Assembly (NCBI GenBank): GCA_964414525.1
Contig: CAYPWN010000002.1
Location: 1-55,910 of the forward strand
Origin: an uncultured Candidatus Poseidoniales archaeon
GTDB lineage: Archaea > Thermoplasmatota > Poseidoniia > Poseidoniales > Thalassarchaeaceae
Direction of reading: 5' to 3'
Length of the DNA stretch: 55,910 nt
Shown: piece after piece, positions 1-7,648 of the stretch
How positions within the stretch are numbered: position 1 is the first letter of the stretch
How the letters are laid out: every line of letters begins with the position of its first letter
Notes under the pieces: model-generated
Database searches by the model: none
What the model was told of the DNA's origin: nothing
Seen by the model: the letters and a program-made list of their open reading frames with translations, nothing else
Position numbers and translations under genes: made by a program

Positions 1-68
1 TCGGGCGTTCGCTCCTGAGAATGCCACCCTTTTCAATGTTCCAAGTACGAGAACAGGACAAATTACGG

Positions 69-1385
69 TTATGAGAATAGAATCCTCTCTGCGATTTGGG
101 CGACCTTCGACTCGTGTCCCTCGATTGTCATCACGTATGCCACGTCTTGGCTTACCTGCCTATTTTTGAGAGCCTCGGCCATTGGGGTCATCTCCCTCAA
201 CCATCTCGTTTTGCCATCATTTCCGACTACCTTGACATCAACCTGGGCCATTCTAGGCTCGGAGAGAAGCAGCTTTACACTTGGAACGTCGATTGCCACG
301 TACCCTGGATCTAGTCCGGATCGGAATGCTATTTCGTCCTCTAATTCCCTTCTTTTTTTATGATCATTCGCTATTGATACCAGACTATCTACCTGCTCCG
401 AGGATAGGTCTTCCTTTCTCCTACTGAAGCAGATCTTGAGAAGTCTCCTATACTTCAGCCTAGTAATCATGTCCTTGGAGAAATCTCCGGCATTTTCCAA
501 AGTCGACCAAATCTCTGAGTCTACTCTTCTCTGCAAGTCCAAAGAGTCAGGAGTTTGGCCCTCTGACCTCTCAACTGCTCTCGATAGCATCACTTCTGTC
601 ACCCTCGTTACACGATGAAAGTAAACTGCGCTGTACATAAGTCCCCTAGCAACAAGCATTCCCTCTAGTGCGTAAATTCCGCCCTGCTCGATTGCTATTT
701 CTCCACTCTGTCTTTTGAGGCACTCAATTAAACGAAGGTGATCAATCACCCCGTGTTTCACCCCTGTAAAGTGTGAATCGCGTAGTAGATAGTCCAGTTG
801 ATCGCAATCAACCGGCCCGTGAATCAATTGCGCCATTGATTTGTCGCCCTCAGAGAAATCTGTTTTTCCCTCTGTCCAGCTAAGAAGAGAGCGCTCAGTT
901 CCTGATGCATCAGGGCCCGTGATCAAAGAGGCTACGAACTCGGGGTCCAGTCCATTTTCCTCGAGAATCTCAGGGATCGACTTTCTTTCACCCAATGATT
1001 CCCCCTCTCCTTCGACAATTACGTCGTAATCTCCCAAAATGATGCCCTTCGTAACTTCCATGTGGTCCATACCTCCCCTATCGGAAAGGATGTGCTCCAG
1101 AGTGTGGGAATAGGGGCCATGCCCCACATCGTGCAACATTGCAGCAACTTCTAGTGATGATTTATCGTGAGCGTCCATTGAAAGGGATGATGCCATCTTC
1201 CCGGCAAGATGTGAAGCTCCAAGAGAATGCTCGAATCTAGTGTGGTGGGCACCGGGAAAAACAAGGTGAGCCAACCCTAACTGCTTAATGTGGCTGAGTT
1301 TGTTGATCTCTGGCGTGTCTAGAAGTTGCTCCGTGACTCCATCAAGTTTGTATTGCCCGTGAATTGCATCATTGATGATTTTCAC
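69..1385 (-). CDS. HD-domain metal-dependent phosphohydrolase (COG1078 / SAMHD1-like dNTP triphosphohydrolase family)
   Basis: 438-aa ORF. It has the H..HD metal signature ('HTRFEHSLG', 'MLHDVGHGPYSH') and a downstream 'DCDQLDYLLRDSHFTG' motif typical of this family. Confidence 0.85.
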   Translation of the reverse strand: MKIINDAIHGQYKLDGVTEQLLDTPEINKLSHIKQLGLAHLVFPGAHHTRFEHSLGASHLAGKMASSLSMDAHDKSSLEVAAMLHDVGHGPYSHTLEHILSDRGGMDHMEVTKGIILGDYDVIVEGEGESLGERKSIPEILEENGLDPEFVASLITGPDASGTERSLLSWTEGKTDFSEGDKSMAQLIHGPVDCDQLDYLLRDSHFTGVKHGVIDHLRLIECLKRQSGEIAIEQGGIYALEGMLVARGLMYSAVYFHRVTRVTEVMLSRAVERSEGQTPDSLDLQRRVDSEIWSTLENAGDFSKDMITRLKYRRLLKICFSRRKEDLSSEQVDSLVSIANDHKKRRELEDEIAFRSGLDPGYVAIDVPSVKLLLSEPRMAQVDVKVVGNDGKTRWLREMTPMAEALKNRQVSQDVAYVMTIEGHESKVAQIAERILFS

Positions 1386-1464
1386 AGCGGCACCGAATAC
1401 GCCAGATGACGCTCTTTCTTGAACCGCTCGATATGGAAAGGAATTGGGTTGTTTCCATTGCTAT

Positions 1465-1502
1465 GTATTTCATTTGTATTTCAATTGCAATACAATTATA
1501 TG
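1465..1502. promoter_or_regulatory. Candidate operator plus TATA-like element in the divergent HD / RHH intergenic region
   Basis: GTATTTCA occurs at 1465-1472 and 1476-1483, an 11-bp phasing. A 22-bp near-palindrome TTGTATTTCAATTGCAATACAA lies at 1474-1495 (20/22 self-complementary, centred on CAATTG). TTATAT follows at 1496-1501, about 40 nt upstream of the ATG at 1540, which is preceded by AGGAGG. Confidence 0.4.
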
Positions 1503-1539
1503 CCAGACACCACTCTCGAAGACTCAGGAGGTTCAGGAG

Positions 1540-1905
1540 ATGGCAGGCAACAGTCCGATGGTCTCGCTCAGAATTCCAGAAGATCACCTTCTGGAGCTAG
1601 ATAGACTGGTCGGATTCGACGGAATGAGGAACAGATCCGACGTAGTTAGGGAGGCAGTTCGAAGGATGCTAGCTTCTCCACTTCCTGGAAAGGGAGACAG
1701 AATCGAAGTGGACTTAGGGCCTGACTTGACGATAAGGTTGAGAGACTACTGTAAGATTGTCGGCGAACCTGCGGATGTAGTGCTGAGGCAGTCTGCTAGG
1801 GAGATGATTCGCAAGGAGATGATCGAAGGGGCCACTGTTGTGGACCTAATCAGGAAGCGCATGGATGAGTTGCGCTTTAGGCACGATGAGGATTCAAACG
1901 CTTGA
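1540..1905 (+). CDS. Ribbon-helix-helix (CopG/Arc-type) transcriptional regulator, apparently with two RHH-like halves
   Basis: Internal ATG at 1540 of ORF 1444-1905, preceded by aggaggttcaggag. 'VSLRIPEDHLLELDRLVGFDGMRNRSDVVREAVRRML' is a classic RHH. 'IEVDLGPDLTIRLRDYCKIVGEPADVVLRQSAREMI' repeats the strand-helix-helix pattern. Confidence 0.7.
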   Translation: MAGNSPMVSLRIPEDHLLELDRLVGFDGMRNRSDVVREAVRRMLASPLPGKGDRIEVDLGPDLTIRLRDYCKIVGEPADVVLRQSAREMIRKEMIEGATVVDLIRKRMDELRFRHDEDSNA

Positions 1906-1948
1906 GGTGAGAGAGATTGAGCGATGTTGGGATGCACACACACAAACC

Positions 1949-1973
1949 GGGGGGGCGGCAAGGCCGCTCCCCC
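1949..1973 (+). other. GC-rich stem-loop (11-bp stem, AAG loop) downstream of the RHH gene
   Basis: GGGGGGGCGGC-AAG-GCCGCTCCCCC pairs with one G.U. It is preceded by a CACACACACA tract (1935-1944). No T-run follows. Confidence 0.5.
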
Positions 1974-2131
1974 AACCAAAATTCGACAAAGGCAAAGAGT
2001 TTCGGCAACGGATTGAGAAGGATCCGAAGAAGAGCTAGAGCATTGAGCAACGCGGTTGGGTATGACTCCAGCGAGGCTCCAAGAGTGCCTAGGAAAACTG
2101 AACAAAGTTAGTCAGTATCAACACACACCGT

Positions 2132-2148
2132 CCCGCACTCGGTGCGGG
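2132..2148 (+). other. Perfect 7-bp stem-loop in the putative 5' leader of the REC/PPDK-N gene
   Basis: CCCGCAC-TCG-GTGCGGG, preceded by ACACACAC (2121-2128), about 50 nt upstream of the ATG at 2200. Confidence 0.45.
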
Positions 2149-2199
2149 GCAACCTTCCGTTCTCCTGAAATGCAATGCCGCACACGAACGAACTATCAC

Positions 2200-5109
2200 A
2201 TGGACGGGAGTGTCGAAGAATGGAATAGATTCGAGAGGCTAACTCCGTTCCGTGTGAGGGAAGTTCTTCTCATTGCTAGTCAATTCGACCGATATTTGCT
2301 TGAGGAATCCGGTCATCTTGCCGAGATCCTACAAGAGGAGTATTCTGTATTGAACCTCTCTCAGGCCCCTAGGATTATTCACAGCCCGGATGCAGATGAT
2401 GCGATACAGCTGCTTTCCAGCAGGAAGTTCGACCTTGTGATAACCATGTCCAAGGTAGGCAAGATGGACGTCTACGAACTCGCTCGTCAGCTAAAGGAGA
2501 TAGAAGACGACCTGCCAGTAGTTATGCTCAGCCAGAATACCAGGGAGTTGGCTACCCTGAGAACTGGGGACGCAATAGACAGGATCTTCGTCTGGAGCGG
2601 TGACAGCAGAATCTTGCTTTCCATATGCAAGCTGATAGAGGATGAGAAAAATGTGGAGAATGACGTCAGAGAGGGAGACGTGCAGGTAATTCTCCTAGTC
2701 GAGGATAGCAGGAGGTTCTACTCAGCATACCTGCCACTCCTTTACACCCAGTTGGTAAACCAGACAAGTAGGCTGACTGGCGAGGGGGGGAATCTGCATG
2801 AGAACCTACTGAGGCTGAGAGCCAGGGCCAAGATCCTACTTGCGACCGATATGGATGAGGCAAAGGGTATCATTGACAAGTACTCGAGGAACATAATTGG
2901 GGTCTTCACAGACGGGCGTTTCCCGAACCAAGGCGGGGAGAGAGATACTGCTGGATTGGAGCTAGTGAAGTATGCAGAGAGCGGACACAGGTATTTGCCC
3001 ATACTTCTCCAGTCGAAGAATATCGAACTGAAAGAAGACGCGGAAGCAATTGGCGTCCCCTTCCTTCACAAAGAAGACCCGATGTTGTACCAGAGAATCG
3101 AGGATTTCATGCAGGAGGAGATGAGCTTTGGAGACTTCATCTTCAGAACGCCTGATGGGGTTGAGATTGGCAGGGCGAAGAACCTAGAGGAGCTAGCGGA
3201 TATGGTTCGTGGAGTACCAGTAAGTTCCATCGAGTTCCACGCAAAGAGGAATGAGTTCTCGCACTGGCTCAGGGGCAGGACAGAATTCTCTCTGGCGGCC
3301 TCACTTAGGCCAATGACATTGGAGGACTTCGACGACTCAGAGGGTGTAAGAAACCACATTTATGAGACGATAAAGTCCCACATCAGGGGAGTTAGGAAAC
3401 GGACAATCAGGGATCATGACTCTCGTTCAGAGAATGGTGGCTTCCAGAGAATAGGAAGGGGTAGCCTTGGTGGAAAGGGCAGAGGTCTAGCCTTCTTCTA
3501 CACCAGAATGGACCAACTTGGTCTTGGTGATTCTTATCCCGAAATAGACTTCGTTGTACCGAACTCAGTAGTAATTGCTACAGGGATATTCGGGGACTTC
3601 ATCGGAAGGAACGACCTCTCCAGATTCGCTTACGACGACTATAGTGACGAGGAGATAAATCAGGCGTTCCTAGAAGGTGAATTCGGAGATGAGGTTATAG
3701 AAATCAGGCAAATGCTCGAGAACACCCCATGGCCGGTTGCAGTTCGCTCATCTAGCCTTCTCGAAGACTCGAGCCACCAGCCCTTCGCAGGCGTATACGC
3801 GACGTACATGCTGGCTAACGATCACCCAGATATGGATGTCAGACTAGGACGACTACTACAAGCTATCAAGCTCGTCTACGCCTCCATATTCCACAAGAAC
3901 GCCAAGGACTACATCACCGCAACAGCAAGCAAGATCGAGGATGAGAGGATGGCAGTTGTTATTCAAGAGGTAGTGGGGAGGGAGACGTCGGGCAGGTATT
4001 ACCCGGACATATCCGGGGCAGCTAGGAGCCGAAACCACTACCCGGTTGACCCACTAAGGATGGAGGACGGGCTGGCCGCGGTTTGCATTGGACTTGGCAG
4101 GCAGGTATCATCGGGAGGCAAGTGCCTGAGATTCAGCCCTGGTCAGCCAAAGAGGATCCACCAGTTCTACAGCACCAATTCGATCATCGAGACATCGCAG
4201 AGCAGGTTCTTCGCAATCCCGATCTGCCATGAGGGGGGGGATATCCATGCATCGGAGGAGGACAACCTGCTTCACTTGGGCCTGAAGGAAGCAGAGGAAG
4301 ACGATCGACTCTACCTAGTCGGTTCCACATACTTAGCATCCGACGACAGGATAGTTGATTCAATCAGGGCTAGAGGGGGCTCTAGACTAGTGACCTTCGC
4401 CCCGGTTCTTAAACGCGACAAATTCCCACTGGCACAAATCCTGGACCACGTTCTCAAGACATGTGAGGAATTCCTTGCTTCTCCAGTAGAGATTGAGTTC
4501 GCAATAAACGTGGATAGGTTAAGGGGAGAGAGGAAGTTCGCAATCCTCCAAGTTAGACAGCTGATGGACGAGTCTGTGGACATAGACATAGATCTCAACG
4601 AGGTAGACAGGAGCATGGCGGTATGTGTTAGCAGCAAGTCACTAGGGAACGGAGTAATCGAGGGCATTGGGGACGTCGTTTACGTACATCCCGACCGGAT
4701 GGATAGGATGAGAACAGCAGATTTGGTTCCGATGATAGAGGAGATTGATGCAAAACTGAGGGATAGTGGTAGGCCATACTTACTCATAGGCCCGGGCAGG
4801 TGGGGGACATCTGACCCATCCCTAGGGATTCCTGTCCAGTGGAACCAGATTATGGGTGCTAAGACGATAGTGGAGGCCCCCATGTCGGACATCCACGTTG
4901 ACCCTTCCCAGGGCACGCACTTCTTCCAGAACATAGTGACGTTCAACATAGGCTACCTTACCATTGTCAAAGGCGACCTGATAGATTGGAAATGGCTCGA
5001 CTCCCACGACCCCGAAGTCGAAGAGAAAGGGCTGAGGCACATTACCTTGGACGGGTCACTGAAGGTTGTACTTGACAGTCGAGATTCAGAGGCAATCGTA
5101 GTTAGATAA
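2200..5109 (+). CDS. Tandem receiver-like domains fused to a PEP/pyruvate-binding (PPDK N-terminal ATP-grasp) domain and an uncharacterised C-terminal domain
   Basis: The ORF spans 2056-5109 and the likely start is the ATG at 2200 (MDGSVEEW). The first REC-like domain lacks the acidic pocket ('LLIASQFD', 'DLVITMSKVGKMD'). The second keeps it ('ILLVEDS', 'GVFTDGRFP'). 'RIGRGSLGGKGRGLAFF' is the PPDK_N GGKG nucleotide-binding signature. The C-terminus 'LLIGPGRWGTSDPSLGIPV...PSQGTHFFQN' has no GGxTSHAA-type swivel-His motif that I can see. Confidence 0.75.
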   Translation: MDGSVEEWNRFERLTPFRVREVLLIASQFDRYLLEESGHLAEILQEEYSVLNLSQAPRIIHSPDADDAIQLLSSRKFDLVITMSKVGKMDVYELARQLKEIEDDLPVVMLSQNTRELATLRTGDAIDRIFVWSGDSRILLSICKLIEDEKNVENDVREGDVQVILLVEDSRRFYSAYLPLLYTQLVNQTSRLTGEGGNLHENLLRLRARAKILLATDMDEAKGIIDKYSRNIIGVFTDGRFPNQGGERDTAGLELVKYAESGHRYLPILLQSKNIELKEDAEAIGVPFLHKEDPMLYQRIEDFMQEEMSFGDFIFRTPDGVEIGRAKNLEELADMVRGVPVSSIEFHAKRNEFSHWLRGRTEFSLAASLRPMTLEDFDDSEGVRNHIYETIKSHIRGVRKRTIRDHDSRSENGGFQRIGRGSLGGKGRGLAFFYTRMDQLGLGDSYPEIDFVVPNSVVIATGIFGDFIGRNDLSRFAYDDYSDEEINQAFLEGEFGDEVIEIRQMLENTPWPVAVRSSSLLEDSSHQPFAGVYATYMLANDHPDMDVRLGRLLQAIKLVYASIFHKNAKDYITATASKIEDERMAVVIQEVVGRETSGRYYPDISGAARSRNHYPVDPLRMEDGLAAVCIGLGRQVSSGGKCLRFSPGQPKRIHQFYSTNSIIETSQSRFFAIPICHEGGDIHASEEDNLLHLGLKEAEEDDRLYLVGSTYLASDDRIVDSIRARGGSRLVTFAPVLKRDKFPLAQILDHVLKTCEEFLASPVEIEFAINVDRLRGERKFAILQVRQLMDESVDIDIDLNEVDRSMAVCVSSKSLGNGVIEGIGDVVYVHPDRMDRMRTADLVPMIEEIDAKLRDSGRPYLLIGPGRWGTSDPSLGIPVQWNQIMGAKTIVEAPMSDIHVDPSQGTHFFQNIVTFNIGYLTIVKGDLIDWKWLDSHDPEVEEKGLRHITLDGSLKVVLDSRDSEAIVVR

Positions 5110-5149
5110 TGCCAATCTTCTTGGTCGTTCTATTTTCAGGTAGAACTCC

Positions 5150-7153
5150 ATGTCAGGCGATAGTGGCGTCGATGTGAATCTGTTCTTCGCTCACCAAATC
5201 CCCAGAGAATCGCAAAAGGAGATGATTGCGGATGGGATACGAGCACTGAATGGGGGCGGTTTCCTCATGGCTGCAGCTCCAACAGGAATCGGGAAGACTG
5301 CAGCGGCATTGTCCTCGGCTCTAGCCGTTTCCAACCTCTACAACACGAAACCAGAAATCCCCAAAATCCTTTTTCTAACCGGGAGGCAATCCCAACACAG
5401 AATAGTTGTAGACACTGTTAGAGAAATCAACAAAGGCCTCCCAAGTGGATTCTCGAAAATCAGACTTGTAGACATAATTGGGAGAGAGAGCATGTGCAAA
5501 GTAGTAGACAGGTCTACTGGGAAATGCTCCTGTGAAGAAGGAGTTTCTGAATCAGAAAGAAAATCACGTGGGGCTAGTCTGAAAGAGTTCATTCTTAACG
5601 AACCAATTCACGTTAACCGAACTATAGAAGTAGCTAGGAAGAGGAATACGTGCCCTTGGGCTGTTGCAAGGAGTGCTGCGAGGGAAACCAACATACTTGT
5701 CTGCGACTACAACCACGTTTTCGTGGAGTCCGTCAGAGACAGTTCATTGCCAACAATGGGGATAGATTTGGAAAATTCAATCCTCATCATAGACGAAGCT
5801 CACAATCTACCGGATAGGATTAGGAGTGGACTTGAGAGGAGGATTACTGACAAAGTCTTCAGGAGGGCTTTGTCTGACATAGAAGAGTTCAAGGGAAACT
5901 TAGAGAAAGGTGAGAAAGAGCTTGACATTCCGGAGTCAAATAAACTGAAGGAAGTCAAATCTCTGGAGAAGCAAATCACGGCCCTAAGGGATGATGCCAT
6001 GATTAGGAAATGGTTCGAAGAAAAGACATCTCAAAACCGTTCTTCAAAGGGAGACGATATCAAAGTTGAGACCCAAGAGTTCCTTGACGTTGTTGCTAAT
6101 GCTATTGAGGGCTTAGACGAAGAAGAGCAGGGAGACGTCGTGGGCAGAGTCAGAATTATGATCTCGAGGCTAATGTCTGTAGTTGTTGAGCAAGACGAAG
6201 ATCTAGAAGAGGATGAACAGAACGACTGTACAAGGCTTGCAGAGATTCTGGATATTTGCATAAGATATCGGAGAAGTCCGGCACTTGCCCTAGTCTTCGA
6301 CAATGAGCTAGAAGAGCCTCGGGTTACCAGCCACCTTCTTGATCCGGGTGTGGTTGGCGAGCAGATTTTTCACGAGTGTTTAGGTTCCATCATTATGTCG
6401 GGGACTCTGTTCCCCCCGGGGATGTACTCGGAAATTCTGGGAGTCCCGGGAGATCGTGCTACCTGCAAGGAGTATTCTTCCGACTTCCCGCTTGAAAATA
6501 GGCCCGTTCTAATCGCCAATGATGTCACTAGCAAGTATACTGAGAGGGAGAATTCGTATGGACCCATCGGGGACCATATCAAGTCGGTGATCAAGAATAC
6601 GAATGGCAACGTTGCGGTCTTCGCTCCAAGCTATTCGATGCTAGGGAGGATATACGATGATGTTTCTAATTGGAGGTTTGGAAAATCATATGAAATAGAA
6701 GAGCAGAGAATGTCCAAATCTTCGATAGATAGAATGATTTCATCTCTTTACGAGAAGAGAGAATTAGGGGGGACGGTGATGTTCGGTGTGCTTAGCGGAA
6801 AGCTGTCCGAAGGGATTGACTATTCAGACAACATTCTCAACGCAGTTGTTTGTGTGGGGCTTCCACTCCCTCCGCCCAGCGCTAGGCAAGATGCTTTGTT
6901 GGAGTATTATCAGAATAAATTTGGAAGGAAAAGGGCATGGAAGTATGCTAGTCTGCAGCCCGCAGTAAACAGTGTCTTGCAAGCACTTGGTAGGCCCATT
7001 AGGAAGAAAGAAGACAGGGCGATAGTTGTCCTACTGGAGAAGAGGCTGCTGGAGCTAAGGGTCGCAGATTGCATGCCTGAGATGAACAGGATGCAGACTT
7101 CAGGGCCTTCAAGAACCGCCGAGAGAGTAAAGGCATTCTTCGAGTCATGCTGA
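5150..7153 (+). CDS. xpd: XPD/Rad3-family (DEAD_2) 5'-3' DNA helicase with a 4Fe-4S cluster domain
   Basis: Walker A 'AAPTGIGKT' and DEAH box 'IIDEAHNL'. Four Cys lie between them ('SMCKVV', 'GKCSCEE', 'NTCPW', 'LVCDYNH'). The C-terminal helicase motifs 'GVLSGKLSEGIDY' and 'QALGRPIR' are present. Confidence 0.9.
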   Translation: MSGDSGVDVNLFFAHQIPRESQKEMIADGIRALNGGGFLMAAAPTGIGKTAAALSSALAVSNLYNTKPEIPKILFLTGRQSQHRIVVDTVREINKGLPSGFSKIRLVDIIGRESMCKVVDRSTGKCSCEEGVSESERKSRGASLKEFILNEPIHVNRTIEVARKRNTCPWAVARSAARETNILVCDYNHVFVESVRDSSLPTMGIDLENSILIIDEAHNLPDRIRSGLERRITDKVFRRALSDIEEFKGNLEKGEKELDIPESNKLKEVKSLEKQITALRDDAMIRKWFEEKTSQNRSSKGDDIKVETQEFLDVVANAIEGLDEEEQGDVVGRVRIMISRLMSVVVEQDEDLEEDEQNDCTRLAEILDICIRYRRSPALALVFDNELEEPRVTSHLLDPGVVGEQIFHECLGSIIMSGTLFPPGMYSEILGVPGDRATCKEYSSDFPLENRPVLIANDVTSKYTERENSYGPIGDHIKSVIKNTNGNVAVFAPSYSMLGRIYDDVSNWRFGKSYEIEEQRMSKSSIDRMISSLYEKRELGGTVMFGVLSGKLSEGIDYSDNILNAVVCVGLPLPPPSARQDALLEYYQNKFGRKRAWKYASLQPAVNSVLQALGRPIRKKEDRAIVVLLEKRLLELRVADCMPEMNRMQTSGPSRTAERVKAFFESC

Positions 7154-7156
7154 GCA

Positions 7157-7648
7157 ATGGGTTCATTCGGGTCGGGCATTTGGATCGAATCAATGGAGTG
7201 GACCAGGGTTAACGTCCAGTCTGACGATGAACCAATAGAAGATTGGCCTGATTTTGAAGACATGAAAATGGGCCTTGACACTGACGCTGAGTCAATGCAC
7301 GAGTCATTCCTCAAGAGCATGCCTCACCTTTCAGAGGTCCAGGAAAGGCACGTTGGAGTGGTGTCAGATATAGAGTCCCGCGCACTAAGTTCGACAGTCT
7401 CGTCACTCGGTGACTTCCTCTCCGAATTTGGGGGAGAGTGGAGCGAGACGGAAATCAGGGTCCCATTACAGGCTGAAATTAGAGAAGACGTTGTAGTGGA
7501 TACAAAGGATGAAGATGGGGATCAACTGGTTCGAATAATTTCTCCAGAGAGGTTTGGCGGAATGCTGAGATCCTTCCGTCTGCCCGATGGCAGGAAAATC
7601 CATGGGGCGAGGTGGGAAGGGGATATCCTCTCCATCAAGATTGATTGA
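7157..7648 (+). CDS. Acidic hypothetical protein with a possible degenerate Hsp20/alpha-crystallin-like C-terminus
   Basis: 163-aa ORF that starts 4 nt after the xpd stop. The C-terminal 'FGGMLRSFRLPDGRKIHGARWEGDILSIKI' resembles the F.R.F.LP...I.A...G.L.I segment of alpha-crystallin domains. The N-terminal half is D/E-rich. Confidence 0.4.
   Translation: MGSFGSGIWIESMEWTRVNVQSDDEPIEDWPDFEDMKMGLDTDAESMHESFLKSMPHLSEVQERHVGVVSDIESRALSSTVSSLGDFLSEFGGEWSETEIRVPLQAEIREDVVVDTKDEDGDQLVRIISPERFGGMLRSFRLPDGRKIHGARWEGDILSIKID

Noticed and set aside
69-1905. The divergent HD-phosphohydrolase and RHH genes as a toxin-antitoxin pair or a dNTP-depletion defence pair.
   Set aside because: The HD protein belongs to the broadly conserved archaeal COG1078 housekeeping-type family. 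The RHH gene is divergently transcribed, not co-transcribed. No other defence-island hallmarks are nearby.
1917-2111. A 64-aa basic ORF (MSDVGMHTHKPGGRQGRSPNQ...) in the long intergenic region.
   Set aside because: Its R/K/G-rich low-complexity composition is unlike the local proteome, and it spans the GC hairpin. It is more likely non-coding leader or terminator sequence.
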